Source: Endomicrobium sp. (GTDB taxonomy: Bacteria; Elusimicrobiota; Endomicrobiia; Endomicrobiales; Endomicrobiaceae). Taken from it: a stretch of 64,000 bases of DNA. Under the pieces are notes generated by a model that worked only from the letters and a program-made list of their open reading frames with translations, did no database searches and was not told the DNA's origin. Every line of letters begins with the position of its first letter. Position 1 is the first letter of the stretch. The stretch spans positions 2,858 through 66,857 of the forward strand of contig JAISWG010000015.1 in the NCBI GenBank assembly GCA_031271205.1, in the 5' to 3' direction. Shown here one piece after another: positions 30,879-42,968 of this stretch. The translations under genes and the position numbers were made by a program.

Positions 30879-32011
30879 TTTTTTACCATCTTTACAAATA
30901 AATAAAGTCCTACCGATCCAATAATCAAATTAGGCAGCCATATTATTATTCCTAGAGGGATATACTCTTTTTCTCCCAAACTGATTGAAATTGCGAACAA
31001 TGTGTAATAAATAATTACTATGCCCAGACTTAAACTAAAACTAAGAGCTTTGCCATCTTTACTGATACAAATTCCTATAGGTAAGGCCATGACAATAAAG
31101 ATAATAGGAGTGATAGCAAATATCCATCTAATCCAATAATTCCGCAAATAAATCATAAATAATTTAAATTTTTGTTTCTTGTATTGTTTTATTGTTTTAA
31201 TTAGTTTTGGAGAAGGTAATTCCGATGGTCCTATATTGTAACTTTCAATAGTGTTGCCTAGAGGTACAAAAAAGGAATATGTTCTAAAAGTTGCGTGAGT
31301 CAGATTTGTCATATCGGAAGGGGAAATTTTTTGCCAATATCCTTTGTAAAGAGTCAGCTGTGCTCCTGTGGCATAAGTTTTTACGGTAGCTGAAGCCGCT
31401 GTTATGCGCCATGTTTCTTTATCATTTTGTGGCAATATGGTTTTTTCGTTATTTGCAGCAGTATAGTCGTTTTCAAATTTGTATATGCTTACTCCAATCA
31501 AAGTATTTTTGGTGTTATCAACTTTATTGCTGTATATTTTATATTCACCGAGTTTTGTTATAGACTTTTCGTTAAATTTAACAAGAGGTTTTTTTGTTAT
31601 AATTTGCTCAAAATTAACTTTTAGATTAGAATTTAATCTTGGTGCAAGAAAATGATTAAAAAATACTAAAAAAAAAGAAATAATTAATCCAAAAAATATT
31701 ATTGGCATTGTAAGTGTTTTGTAGTCAAATCCAGCGGCTTTCATAGCTCTAATTTCATTGTTTGATGAGAGTCGTCCGTAAGAAAACAGCACTCCAAAAA
31801 GCGCAGCCATAGGTATTGATAACGTTAAGATGCTTGGAAGGAAAAAGGCAAACATTTTGACAGCTGCCAAAACGGCTATGCCCTTTTCAATCAACAGATC
31901 CGTGAATTCAAATACAAGGTTTAACATTAAAAGAAAAGAAAAAACAACAATTCCTAAAATAAAGGAATACAAAAACTCTTTAATAATGTAAAGATGAATT
32001 TTTTTTATCAT
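30875..32011 (-). CDS. lptF: LPS export permease LptF (YjgP/YjgQ family)
   Basis: YIIKEF, YGRLSSNNEIRAMKAAG, WLPN. Confidence 0.85.
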   Translation of the reverse strand: MIKKIHLYIIKEFLYSFILGIVVFSFLLMLNLVFEFTDLLIEKGIAVLAAVKMFAFFLPSILTLSIPMAALFGVLFSYGRLSSNNEIRAMKAAGFDYKTLTMPIIFFGLIISFFLVFFNHFLAPRLNSNLKVNFEQIITKKPLVKFNEKSITKLGEYKIYSNKVDNTKNTLIGVSIYKFENDYTAANNEKTILPQNDKETWRITAASATVKTYATGAQLTLYKGYWQKISPSDMTNLTHATFRTYSFFVPLGNTIESYNIGPSELPSPKLIKTIKQYKKQKFKLFMIYLRNYWIRWIFAITPIIFIVMALPIGICISKDGKALSFSLSLGIVIIYYTLFAISISLGEKEYIPLGIIIWLPNLIIGSVGLYLFVKMVKK

Positions 32012-33784
32012 GTTTTATTTAGGAAGATTCGTTTAAAGATTCATACTATACAAGCAATTGTATAAAATTTGTATAAAATTTGAAAGATATTATAATCTAA
32101 AATATTAAATATTATTAAGAGAATTAAAAAGTTTAATTTAATATTTTTAATAATTGTATATTTTTCATGCTGTGCAGAGAATACAAGTCTTTTGCTAAAA
32201 AGTACAGTGCGCTCTTAGTGACATAACAAGCAAGAAAAAAACTGTAGTCAGTTTAACAAATACGATAAGTTTTGCGATAAAGTATAGAACATTCGCGAAC
32301 TACAGTTTCAGATGAGTATATTTTTCCAATATAAAAAAATTTCTGAATCTGCTCATGAAATATTTTGTCAAAATATTAGATTATTTTGATGATGAAAAAT
32401 TTGAAGTAATAGAATATTCTTCAGAAAAATAGTGAAAAGATATAACTATTACAACAGATTAGTTTTTTTTGCTGTTGGCAACAAATAACTGAATTTTTTT
32501 GAATAAAAAATTTCTGTTTTCAGACAGAAAAGATAATAGATTTCAATTACACTTTATAAGATATATAATAAACAGAAAACACAGAAAAAATAATTCAACA
32601 TTATTTAAGATGAGATAAGAACTCAAACAAGGATTCTTGATGTGGCCATAGGCAAAAAAATTAAACGCCTAAATATTTTGCTTTAGAAATATTTATTAAA
32701 TAATTATATTGTTGCTGTAAATTATGATTTTACAGATGATGTTTTCTTTGTTTTATTATGCAATAAACAAACTGTGAATTGGATGCTGGAAATTTGTAAA
32801 GATAGTCCATATTTTGTTTTTTTTGGTTTATTGATGGCTTTAACTGTAAAGAAGGTAAAATTTGAATTTAAAATTAAAAATGCTATAAAGAAAAGTAAAA
32901 AGGGGGGGGCAATAAACAAATTTGCAGAAGCGTAAACTTGATTTTTGTTATGCTTGCTACAAGATTTGATTTTTATAGTATATTCAGAAAAATTGTTAGC
33001 ATAGTATTAGTTTTTTTAATTGATGAGCTAAAATGTTTTGACAAAAAATGTTCTAAGGTTAATGATAAAAAGTCGTTTTTAAGTAAATAGCTGAGAACAC
33101 AAATGTTGTGATGACCAATGTGTTTTTTGCTGGTGTGATAGTTATGGTTTTAGAATTAGGGGAAAATATTCACAACATTTTAGAGAGGATGTCTTTTGCT
33201 TAATTGTAAAACTAAAGATTCTTATTCTGTTAGTTTTGTTAATGTGTTCGATAATTTTTTATAACTGTTTTTTTGACCAATTGCTATGAGTTTTATTAAG
33301 AATGGGTTTTAGTATGACTTTGTTTTATATTTGCTTTTTAAAAATGTCATATTTTTTCAATAAGTTAATTTTTCTGTATTTTTAGCTACAATTATGGTCT
33401 TTTACAGTTTCAAGTATATGCATAAGACTTGGTCTGATTATTTTTCTCTTTTTTATATTTAAGAAAGATGCTGACTGATCGTGCCGTATATTGTTCAAAA
33501 AATTGTAAATAATGTATACTTATATGTTTTGATTTGGATGTTTATTTGCTTGGATAAAAAAAGATAAATCTGTAAATGTAATAAAACAAGTAATGCCTTT
33601 CGATATAATTTTGCCAATAAAGAATGTGTGTTCAATCCTTGAAATCTTTTTAAAAAAGTTAAAAAACTGTTTTGACTGTACTATCAAAAAATAATACAAT
33701 TTTTAAGATAAAACTATTAAAATTTAAAATAATATATGCAAGCAATATACAGCACAGAATATACAACATAGGAAAGTACGACAA

Positions 33785-35254
33785 ATGAGAAAGAAAGAAC
33801 AACAACAGGTGATAACTCTTATAGAACAAATAATTCAACAAAGAAAACAAAAAGCAAAAGATTTTGTAATAGCTGGAATAAATCCTTATCCGTCTAAATA
33901 TTTCTTGGATAAAAATATTGCTGATGTACAAAAAGAGTTTGCGTATCTTGGAAAAGAACAGACCTCAGATGTAAAAGCTAAGGTTGCTGGAAGAGTAATG
34001 GCTTATAGAAACATGGGTAAAGTTACTTTTCTTGACATAAGAGATGGATATTCTAGAATTCAGATATATGTTAGAGTAGATAAAGTTGGAGTGGAAGAAT
34101 ATAAGCTTTTCAGAAATATGGTTGATACCTCTGATTTTATCGCTGTTGAAGGTATTCCGTTTAGAACAAAAACAAACGAACTGAGTATAATGGTAGAAGA
34201 ATGGACAATGCTTACAAAAGCATTTAGGCCTCTTCCGGAAAAATGGCACGGTCTTAAAGATATAGAGACAAGATACAGACAAAGATATTTGGATTTGATA
34301 GCCAACACTGAGGTTAAAAATATTTTTGTGAAAAGAAGTATGGTTATTTCTGTTATAAGACATAAACTTGAAGAATTAGGTTTTATAGAAGTTGAAACTC
34401 CAATTTTACAGTCTTTAGCAGGTGGAGCTAACGCAAGACCTTTTGTAACTCATCATAATGCTTTAAATATAGATTTATTTTTAAGAATCGCTCCAGAACT
34501 CTTTTTGAAACGCTTAGTTGTTGGCGGAATGGACAGAGTCTTTGAAATAGGGAGAAACTTTAGAAACGAAGGAATTGATAAAAATCACAATCCAGAGTTT
34601 ACAATGATGGAGCTTTACCAAGCGTACGCTGATTACAATGATATGATGGATTTGACTGAAATATTGATTAAATCTGTGGCAGAGAAAGTAAATCCTAAAC
34701 TGAAACTAAATTTTAAAAAGGCGAAAATGTTTGATTTGATAAAAGAATATATTGGACTTGATTTATTACCTTATGTTGAAAGTGGAAAAATGTTTGAGCA
34801 GGTAAAAAATTTTAATTTAGATTTACCTAAAAACGCTACAGACAAAAAAATTTTAGATCATATTTTTAATGAAAAAGTTATACCAAATTTAAAAAGTCCG
34901 ACTTTTGTTATAGATTATCCTGCCGTTTATTCTCCTCTCTCAAAAGTTAAATTTAATCAACCAGAAATAGCCGAGCGTTTTGAACTTTACATAAATGGAA
35001 TGGAAATAGGGAATGCATATTCTGAGCTCAATGATCCTCAATTACAGAGAATAAGATTTTCTCAACAGATGGAAGCTAAAAAGAAAGGCTATGATGAGGT
35101 TATGCCTTATGACGAAGATTTTATTTTTGCTTTAGAACAAGGGCTTCCACCAACTGGAGGTTTGGGTATAGGCATAGACAGACTTGTTATGGTGTTGACC
35201 GGTGCGGAATCTATAAGAGAAGTTATAGCTTTTCCAACCATGAGATCAGAGTAA
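33785..35254 (+). CDS. lysS: Lysyl-tRNA synthetase (class II)
   Basis: [44 protein letters not shown]. Confidence 0.99.
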   Translation: MRKKEQQQVITLIEQIIQQRKQKAKDFVIAGINPYPSKYFLDKNIADVQKEFAYLGKEQTSDVKAKVAGRVMAYRNMGKVTFLDIRDGYSRIQIYVRVDKVGVEEYKLFRNMVDTSDFIAVEGIPFRTKTNELSIMVEEWTMLTKAFRPLPEKWHGLKDIETRYRQRYLDLIANTEVKNIFVKRSMVISVIRHKLEELGFIEVETPILQSLAGGANARPFVTHHNALNIDLFLRIAPELFLKRLVVGGMDRVFEIGRNFRNEGIDKNHNPEFTMMELYQAYADYNDMMDLTEILIKSVAEKVNPKLKLNFKKAKMFDLIKEYIGLDLLPYVESGKMFEQVKNFNLDLPKNATDKKILDHIFNEKVIPNLKSPTFVIDYPAVYSPLSKVKFNQPEIAERFELYINGMEIGNAYSELNDPQLQRIRFSQQMEAKKKGYDEVMPYDEDFIFALEQGLPPTGGLGIGIDRLVMVLTGAESIREVIAFPTMRSE

Positions 35255-35260
35255 AGTTTT

Positions 35261-36490
35261 ATGAGTGTAATGTCAGTTGAGTTTTTTATAGCAATAAGAT
35301 ATTTAAAAGCAAGGAGAAAAGCTTTTTTTTCTTTATTTGCTACTTTTGTTGCTATAGCCGGTACAACTTTGGGGGTTGCCTCTCTTGTTATAACGCTCGC
35401 GGTTATGAGCGGTTTTCAAAGTGATATAAAAAATAAAATTTTAGGTATACAACCACATATACTGATAACAAGAAGTGACGGAAAATCTTTTGAAGATTAC
35501 ATTTCTGTGGAAGATAAGATAAAAACTAATAAAAATGTTGTAAGTGTATTGCCGTTTATATACAAACAGGGTATTATAAGAAGTATTGACTTATCATCTA
35601 CGACTGGTATAATAATAAAGGCCATAGACTATTCTAGAGAAGATAAAATTTTAAATTTTTCAAAACAGATTGTTATTTCAGATGTTAAGTTTAATGGTGA
35701 AAATATTAACAAGAGATCAATAATATTGGGTTGTGAGCTTGCAAAAAATATCTCTACGAATGCAGGTGATGAAGTTGTTTTGATGTTTCCTACAAGCTTA
35801 GGAAGTATTCCTGCAATGTATAAATTTAACGTTTCTGCAATAATACAGTCTGGGATGTATGATTTTGATTCTTCTTTGGGATTTATAGATTTAAAAGAGG
35901 GGCAAAGTTTATACTCAATGCCTGATTCTATTACTGGACTTGATATATATACAACTAATTTTGAGAAAGCATCAGTAACTGCAGCTGAACTCCAAAAAAA
36001 TTTGCCTTGTCCGTACAAAGCAAAAGCGTGGATTGATATGAATAAAAATCTTTTTTCAGCCTTGAAGCTTGAAAAAATAATGACGTTTCTTGTTTTGGGG
36101 CTTATAATAATTGTCGCGGCATTTAACATTATTTCTAATCTTTTGCTTATAAGTGTTCAGAAGTCAAAAGAAATAGGGATAATGTCTGCTATGGGATTTT
36201 CAAATTATTCTATTTCAAAAATATTTTTTTACGAAGGGTTTATTGTTGGCTCGTTAGGAACAATATTTGGAGTAATTTTTGGGATTTCTGTAAGTTTTGC
36301 ATTAAAATATCTTGATATATTTAAACTTCCCAAAGGTATTTACTATGTTGATAAACTTCCAGTTTTTATAGTTCCTTTTGACATATTGATAGTAGCTTTA
36401 AGTGCTTTTGTTATATCCATATTGGCAGGTTTTTATCCTGCTCGTCAGGTTGCAAAACTAGATCCTCTTGAAGCTATAAGATATAACTAG
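35261..36490 (+). CDS. Lipoprotein-releasing ABC permease LolC/E (LolF-like)
   Basis: IAIRYL, AVMSGF, SGMYDFD, LFSALKLEK, VAAFNI, YPARQVAKLDPLEAIR. Confidence 0.92.
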   Translation: MSVMSVEFFIAIRYLKARRKAFFSLFATFVAIAGTTLGVASLVITLAVMSGFQSDIKNKILGIQPHILITRSDGKSFEDYISVEDKIKTNKNVVSVLPFIYKQGIIRSIDLSSTTGIIIKAIDYSREDKILNFSKQIVISDVKFNGENINKRSIILGCELAKNISTNAGDEVVLMFPTSLGSIPAMYKFNVSAIIQSGMYDFDSSLGFIDLKEGQSLYSMPDSITGLDIYTTNFEKASVTAAELQKNLPCPYKAKAWIDMNKNLFSALKLEKIMTFLVLGLIIIVAAFNIISNLLLISVQKSKEIGIMSAMGFSNYSISKIFFYEGFIVGSLGTIFGVIFGISVSFALKYLDIFKLPKGIYYVDKLPVFIVPFDILIVALSAFVISILAGFYPARQVAKLDPLEAIRYN

Positions 36491-36532
36491 CGTATTGGTT
36501 TTTTGTTGGAATTAGGTTTATTGGAATTAAAT

Positions 36533-37192
36533 ATGAATATAAAAGCTGAAAATTTAAACAAGCAGTATACTAAAAAAAACTCTACTGATGTTAAAATATT
36601 AAAAAATATAAATTTGGAAATAAAGTCTGGACAAAAAATTGCTTTAATCGGCCCATCAGGAGCTGGGAAAAGCACATTGGTGCATATTTTGGGATTGATG
36701 GATAGACCTACTTCAGGAAAGGTTTACATAGATGGGATTGATTATTTTGACAAAGACAATAAATACTTGCACGTTATCAGAAGAAATTATATAGGCTTTG
36801 TTTTTCAGTTTCATTATCTTATGCCTGATTTCACAGTTTTAGAAAATGTTCTCATTCCTGTTTGGAAAGACAAAAAATTAAAATTAAAACAAGTACAAGA
36901 TATTTTAAATAAAGCCGGAGTTTTGCACAGACAAGCTCATTATCCTTCAGAACTTTCTGGCGGTGAACAACAAAGAGTGGCTGTTGTAAGAGCTTTAATA
37001 AATAATCCTCGCATAATTTTTGCGGACGAACCTACTGGTAATTTGGACGGGCAGACAGGCCTTGAAATAGAAAACTTGCTGTTTGACATAGTTACTGACA
37101 TAGGTGCTACAATGGTTCTTGTAACGCACGATGAAAATCTTGCCAAAAAGACTGATAGGATAATTAGAATTATTGATGGTTGTATATTATGA
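36533..37192 (+). CDS. lolD: Lipoprotein-releasing ABC ATPase LolD (ATG 36533)
   Basis: GPSGAGKST, FQFHYL, LSGGEQQR, ADEPTGNLD, VTHD. Confidence 0.93.
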   Translation: MNIKAENLNKQYTKKNSTDVKILKNINLEIKSGQKIALIGPSGAGKSTLVHILGLMDRPTSGKVYIDGIDYFDKDNKYLHVIRRNYIGFVFQFHYLMPDFTVLENVLIPVWKDKKLKLKQVQDILNKAGVLHRQAHYPSELSGGEQQRVAVVRALINNPRIIFADEPTGNLDGQTGLEIENLLFDIVTDIGATMVLVTHDENLAKKTDRIIRIIDGCIL

Positions 37193-37234
37193 ATATAATT
37201 CGTATTTTGCGTATTTATTAAGGAGAATATATAG

Positions 37235-38110
37235 ATGAAAATTTTTTTTGATGGAAAGTTAGTTGAAAAGGAAGAAGCAAAAATTTCTGTATTTGACCAT
37301 GGTTTTCTTTACGGTGATGGTATTTTCGAAGGCATAAGAGTTTATAATGGAAGAGTCTTTAGATTAAAAGAGCATTTGGAAAGATTTTGGTCTTCGGCTA
37401 AAGCTATTAATTTAGAAATTCCGATGCATAAAAAAGAAATAGAAAAAGCTTTAATAAAAACCATTTTGGCGAATAAACTTAATGATGCTTATATAAGACT
37501 TATTGTTACAAGAGGATGTGGCGACTTAGATCTTGATCCCAGAAACTGCACAAAACCTCCTTCTGTAATAATAATAGCGGATCAAATTAAAATGTATCCG
37601 GAAGAATTCTATGAAAGGGGTATAGAAATTGTGACAGTTTCTACTAGAAGAATAAGGCAAGATTCTTTAAGCCCAAATATTAAATCACTTAACTATTTGA
37701 ATAATATTCTTGCGAAAATGCAGGCTGTAAGAAGCGGTGCTGCTGAGGCTATTATGCTAAATGCCGAAGGATATGTTGTGGAATGTACGGGTGATAATAT
37801 ATTTATAGTAAAAAACGGCATTCTTTATACTCCAGCAGGTTCCGAAGGCGCATTAATAGGTATAACAAGAGACGCAGTTATAGAGCTTGCAAAAAACAAA
37901 TCAGGAGTTCCTGTAAAAGAAGTACGCTTAAGTTTGTATGAGATTTATACTGCTAATGAGTGTTTTTTAACTGGGACAACTGTTGAAATAGTTCCTGTTG
38001 TTGCGGTTGATTCAAGAACTATTGGAGATGGCAAACTTGGCAAAATAACAACTAAGCTTATAAAAGAATTTAAAGCTTTAGCTCGTTCGTCAGGAACACC
38101 GATTAAATAG
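37235..38110 (+). CDS. ilvE: Branched-chain amino acid aminotransferase (class IV PLP)
   Basis: DHGFLYGDGIFEG, YIRL, KSLNYLNN, ECTGDNIF, GITR. Confidence 0.92.
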   Translation: MKIFFDGKLVEKEEAKISVFDHGFLYGDGIFEGIRVYNGRVFRLKEHLERFWSSAKAINLEIPMHKKEIEKALIKTILANKLNDAYIRLIVTRGCGDLDLDPRNCTKPPSVIIIADQIKMYPEEFYERGIEIVTVSTRRIRQDSLSPNIKSLNYLNNILAKMQAVRSGAAEAIMLNAEGYVVECTGDNIFIVKNGILYTPAGSEGALIGITRDAVIELAKNKSGVPVKEVRLSLYEIYTANECFLTGTTVEIVPVVAVDSRTIGDGKLGKITTKLIKEFKALARSSGTPIK

Positions 38111-38189
38111 TTTTATTTATAATTGACAGAGACTTGTTTATATTAAGTTATTTTATTTTCTGAAAAACTTTGCAGACTTAAAGGCATGT

Positions 38190-41100
38190 ATGCGAAAGAT
38201 TATAATATTTTTTATTACATTAGTATTAGTTTTGCCTATTTCCATGTACTGTGTAAGGAGACTGTTTTTAGTTCCTTACCTGCAAAAATATATAAGCGTC
38301 AAAACTGGGCATAACATATCTATAGGTAACTTTTCATTATTTCCGTTTAAACTATTTCTTAAAGATGTTGATGTTGACGGCGTTGTAAAAATTAGAAAAA
38401 TTATTTTTAGATTAAATCTATTTAAAATTTTTTTTCCGCTAGAAAGTATAAGACAAATTGAAATATTTGACATTAAGGTTGATTTAAAAGAAAATCAAAA
38501 TATTTTGGCTTTAAAACCAAGCGAAAAGAAATCTGTTTTAAAACTTCCGAAAATGGGTATTGATATTTATATCAATGAAGTTTTAATTAAACAAGGCACA
38601 TCGTTTTTTAATATAGCTGATGCTTATATATATGTTGGTACAAATACTATAAAATTAGATTCAATTTTGCATGTAGCTGGTAACTCAATTAAACTTGAAG
38701 CTTTACTGAAACAAAAAGAGGACTATCTTTTTGATGGAACAGCTATTCTTAAATCTAAAAACAAAATTAATATGCTTATAAATTCTAAAGGAGTTATTGA
38801 TTTATTATCCTTTAATTGTAATTGTAATATATCTATTATAAAGTTAAATTACAAAGGTTTTGATTTTGGCGGAGCTTCTGGGATTTTATCAAAAAACGAA
38901 AAAGGTGTTAATATTGAATTTTCCGGTAAATTCGGGAAATTCAAAGCAAATGGTTTGTTTAGCAATACAATAAATGCAGAAATATTTATTGATTTTTCTC
39001 AAATAAGCAAATCTGTATTCGGTAGACTTAACATTAGCTTTAAAAAACGAAAACACTTAAAAGAATTGAATCTTAGAGCTTTAAAATTGAATATTTTTAA
39101 TTTTAATATAGGAAGTTTTGAGTTGCTAAGCAGTAAAAATGATAACGGTACATACAAAGCTGTTTGCGACTATGGCTTGAAAAGACGTTTGGAAGCTGTT
39201 TATTTACAGGGCGGGGATTATGAGGGTAATTTAATTACAAGAGATAAAAAAGTGGGATATGTGAAAGGAAATATCAAAAGAGGAACTATTACTGTTGATG
39301 TTAAAAATACAAATGTAACCAATATACCTTTAATTCCTGCTATGCTAGAAAATTATGATGGAAAGGTGAATATTTCTGGCAATATAAATGAAGCTTCAGG
39401 CAAGATTAATTTTTCTTTTATATCCAACATGAACATGGCTGACATCAAAGGGACTGTAATTCGTGATAAAAACAAATATACTTTTGATTTTTATAAATGT
39501 GATGATTCGGCTTTATTAAAGTATGTTGTTTCAGGTGGCAATGTAGTATCTATAGATTTTAAATTTAAAAAAGTTAATATTTTAAACGTTCTATGTGGCG
39601 TTATGGGACATTCAGAAATAAATATTTCAGGAATGGCGAGTGGCAATATAAGTTATGCAAAAGATGCAGGTATAAAACTTGATCTTAAGGCTTTTGACGG
39701 AACATTTTATGATAATAATTTTAAAGAATTAGAAGTAAAAGGAGAAGTGGATTTAAATAAAATAAAAATTGAGCGTTTTGTTATCAAAAATGTTTCAAAT
39801 ATTGCTATAGTTGATATAAAAGGATTGATAGGTTTTACAAATGAAAATCCTGAGTCTTTTATGTACATTAACTTAAAAGATGTTATTGTACGAGGAGTTA
39901 AAACAAATTGTAATAGTGAATTTCACGGTTATTTAATTGCTGGAAAAGTGATAGAGGGCATGCTAAAGAGTGTTGGGGTAAAGATAGGTGGCATTTCTTT
40001 GGGAAATATAGAGGCTGATATAAATATTTCAACAAGAAAATTTAGATTGTCAAATTTAAAAACTGATAATGGTTTGAGTGCAACGTTATCAGCAAATTTA
40101 AAAAGAAACGAAATATCTGGCATTATTGATTTTAAAGATACGAACATTAAAGGAGTATATCCTGGAATCGTTGGATTTTTAGATGCTTCTATAAAATTTT
40201 CAGGCAAATTAAATAATCCTTATATTGAAATTTCTTCTTTGTTAAAAAAAGGTGCTTATTTATCTCAACCTTTTTTTTTATCATCTACAATTTCTTATAA
40301 AGACGGAATTACAAATGTAAGTAAAATGGATATTATATCAGGTAAGGCAAAAATTTCTCTTTTAGGAACATATTCAAATGAAGGATGTCTTCATGTAAGC
40401 ATAAATAATTTAAACTGGAGTATTATAAATATATTGGCAGGGTTTACATTGCCGTTTAATGGTGAATTTTTCGGAAAAGGGGAAATTTATTTTCGTGATA
40501 AAAATCCGGAACTTAAAATACTTCTAGAGACTAAAGATGCTTATATAAATTCTTTAAAAGTAAAAGATTTTAAAACTGAAATTGAAATTGTCAACAAAAA
40601 TATCGTAATAAAGTCTGCTTCTGCAAAAATTTCTAATAGTGAAATAAGAATTGATAAAGGTTTTTGCGATTTAAATAACAATAAATATTTTTTAGATTTA
40701 TTTTTGCTAAATATTCATGCTGGACCGATGGACTTGTTTGGAAACGTTAAACTTTCTGGTGATATAGTAGAAGAAAAGGATGGAATTTCTATATTTAACG
40801 GTATTGTTGATTTAAATAATTTGTGGGTGAATAAATATAAATTAGATCGTCATTTTTTTAATTATTCATTTAAAAAAAGTAGATTAAAACTTTTTCAAAA
40901 ATCAAGTGGTAAAAGCAATGATTTTGATTTATCCGGTGAAATTATTTTTGGAGATACCTTATCAGTTAAGAAATTGAATGTTGTAAGGAAATTATCGTAT
41001 TTTGATATGTCAGGAAATTTTTCAAAAGATTGCATAAATCTTGAAGTTACGTGTTTTAGTATTGATTGGAAATTTATGTCGAATTTTTTTGATTTGCCTA

Positions 41101-42779
41101 CAGTGTTAGAAGGTGATACCAATATATATATTAAACTCAAAGGTGACGTAAATTCCTTTGATGGCAATATGTCAATTGTTTCATCAAATGGAACTTTGAT
41201 GAATGTTCCATTTGATAAATTAAGTGTTTATGTGGATTTTTGTGATAGTCGTGCTTATATAAAAGAGGCGTTTGTTTTAAAAAAAAATAGTGGTATAAAT
41301 ATTTCTGCAAAGGGAAATTTCCCTATTTATTTAAACGAAAAAACATCTAAAGAAATTGTAGATATTTCCTATGAGGTTAAAGATAACAATCTTAGTATAT
41401 TAAAATATCTTTCAGATAGTTTTTTAAATCCTATAAACGGCAAAATATTGTTAAAAGGTACCATAAGTGGAAGTTATAAAAATTTAAAGAACAATGGGAC
41501 ACTTTCAGTTTGCAATGGAATGTTCCACCCTAACAACTATTTTGATACGATAAAAAATGTATCAGTTGAGGTATCTTTTAATGACAATTTAATTAAAATT
41601 AATAAGTTTACCTTTAATTCAGGGGCAGGCAAAGTAAATATTTCAGGGCGAATAAAGCTTAAGAATTTTATTATAAAGGATTTTGATATTAGGGCTGTTA
41701 CTGAAGGAGAAAAAGGAATTCGTATATCTGTGCCTCAGTTGCCTGTCTCAAGATTTATGACGTCAAAATCTGTATTGAAAGATTATTCATTAGGATATCC
41801 TTTATTTGATATTAAAATTGCTGGAAATCCAGAAAAACATTTGGTTTCTGGTTATATTATTTTGGAAAACACAAGGTTCACTTTTCCTGGTGAAAAAGAT
41901 AACAAGGATTCCATGTTTTTACTACCAGGAAATACTAAATTTGACTTGGATTTGCGTACTGGTGTAAATACAAAATTTGAAAATTCAATTGTTTCTGCTT
42001 TGATAAATGGAACCTTGCACATAAACGGAAGTCTAAATAATTTGAAATCTAAAGGAATTATTGAATTAACAAGTGGAAGACTTGGGTATTATGGGATAAG
42101 TTTTGATATAGAAAGCGCCAAATTAGAAATAGTTGATGATAATCAAATTTATATAACTGCAGAAGGAAAAACTATCGTCCCTTCAAAGATAGGTGAAGAA
42201 TTCGAAACAATAAAATTACTTATCAAAAGGTGCAAATTATCTGAACTTTCAAAAAGCAATGCAATAAGCTTTAGCTCAAAAGATGATCCGAATATGGAAC
42301 CTCAAAAAGTTTTTGCTAAAATTATGGGCAAAACAAAAGATAAAGAAATAGATTCTTCAACAGTAGAATCGTGGACTGATTTTAGAGAAATAAAGCAAAT
42401 TGTATTAAGATATTTTTATCAGTTCTTTTCAAATTCTTTGGCAAGACCATTGTTATATAAAGTTGGTATTGCAGATAATTTTATGGTTTCTTATGTAAAT
42501 ACGAATGGTACTGTTTCCGTAGGCGAAAATTCTGGACTTGTTAATTTGTTATCCGGGACAAAATATACAGTGGAGAAGAACATAAATAAAGACATTTTAT
42601 TTGGATATAGCTTAACTTTTGACAGGTTTAACAGAAAGCTTGGCTTGAGACATGGTATAGAATTGCAATATAGGTTAGCACCAAATTTATTTTTAAAAGG
42701 TAGTTATGAGTTTAATGTTAAAAAAAGTTCCGAAGAACAAAACAAATCAATAATACTTCAACGTCAATTAAAATTCTGA
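38190..42779 (+). CDS. Large AsmA/TamB-like beta-taco protein
   Basis: 1529 aa. N-terminal TM anchor, pervasive beta-strand periodicity, TamB/DUF490-like C-terminus ending in strand-like segments and a terminal Phe. Confidence 0.7.
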   Translation: MRKIIIFFITLVLVLPISMYCVRRLFLVPYLQKYISVKTGHNISIGNFSLFPFKLFLKDVDVDGVVKIRKIIFRLNLFKIFFPLESIRQIEIFDIKVDLKENQNILALKPSEKKSVLKLPKMGIDIYINEVLIKQGTSFFNIADAYIYVGTNTIKLDSILHVAGNSIKLEALLKQKEDYLFDGTAILKSKNKINMLINSKGVIDLLSFNCNCNISIIKLNYKGFDFGGASGILSKNEKGVNIEFSGKFGKFKANGLFSNTINAEIFIDFSQISKSVFGRLNISFKKRKHLKELNLRALKLNIFNFNIGSFELLSSKNDNGTYKAVCDYGLKRRLEAVYLQGGDYEGNLITRDKKVGYVKGNIKRGTITVDVKNTNVTNIPLIPAMLENYDGKVNISGNINEASGKINFSFISNMNMADIKGTVIRDKNKYTFDFYKCDDSALLKYVVSGGNVVSIDFKFKKVNILNVLCGVMGHSEINISGMASGNISYAKDAGIKLDLKAFDGTFYDNNFKELEVKGEVDLNKIKIERFVIKNVSNIAIVDIKGLIGFTNENPESFMYINLKDVIVRGVKTNCNSEFHGYLIAGKVIEGMLKSVGVKIGGISLGNIEADINISTRKFRLSNLKTDNGLSATLSANLKRNEISGIIDFKDTNIKGVYPGIVGFLDASIKFSGKLNNPYIEISSLLKKGAYLSQPFFLSSTISYKDGITNVSKMDIISGKAKISLLGTYSNEGCLHVSINNLNWSIINILAGFTLPFNGEFFGKGEIYFRDKNPELKILLETKDAYINSLKVKDFKTEIEIVNKNIVIKSASAKISNSEIRIDKGFCDLNNNKYFLDLFLLNIHAGPMDLFGNVKLSGDIVEEKDGISIFNGIVDLNNLWVNKYKLDRHFFNYSFKKSRLKLFQKSSGKSNDFDLSGEIIFGDTLSVKKLNVVRKLSYFDMSGNFSKDCINLEVTCFSIDWKFMSNFFDLPTVLEGDTNIYIKLKGDVNSFDGNMSIVSSNGTLMNVPFDKLSVYVDFCDSRAYIKEAFVLKKNSGINISAKGNFPIYLNEKTSKEIVDISYEVKDNNLSILKYLSDSFLNPINGKILLKGTISGSYKNLKNNGTLSVCNGMFHPNNYFDTIKNVSVEVSFNDNLIKINKFTFNSGAGKVNISGRIKLKNFIIKDFDIRAVTEGEKGIRISVPQLPVSRFMTSKSVLKDYSLGYPLFDIKIAGNPEKHLVSGYIILENTRFTFPGEKDNKDSMFLLPGNTKFDLDLRTGVNTKFENSIVSALINGTLHINGSLNNLKSKGIIELTSGRLGYYGISFDIESAKLEIVDDNQIYITAEGKTIVPSKIGEEFETIKLLIKRCKLSELSKSNAISFSSKDDPNMEPQKVFAKIMGKTKDKEIDSSTVESWTDFREIKQIVLRYFYQFFSNSLARPLLYKVGIADNFMVSYVNTNGTVSVGENSGLVNLLSGTKYTVEKNINKDILFGYSLTFDRFNRKLGLRHGIELQYRLAPNLFLKGSYEFNVKKSSEEQNKSIILQRQLKF

Positions 42780-42968
42780 CCATCAAAAAAACATATGGAT
42801 AGGGATCAAAAATGGAATTAATATAAAAAAAGGAAAAACTGTAAAAATAACATTATAAAACACTTGCTCAGATTAAAAGATGTTTATAATATTAAAAAAA
42901 TGTCTTTTTTGCTATTTCACAGTGTCAATTATAGCTATAAAATGTTCAGTTACGCAATGAGATATTAA

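Noticed and set aside
32239-32308. 10-bp inverted repeat AAACTGTAGT...ACTACAGTTT
   Set aside because: Expected by chance in AT-rich sequence of this length; no internal structure or transposase nearby.
42780-42968. Possible cobalamin riboswitch upstream of the BtuF-like gene
   Set aside because: No AGGGAA, GCCACTG or B12-box elements, and the region is too AT-rich to form the fold.
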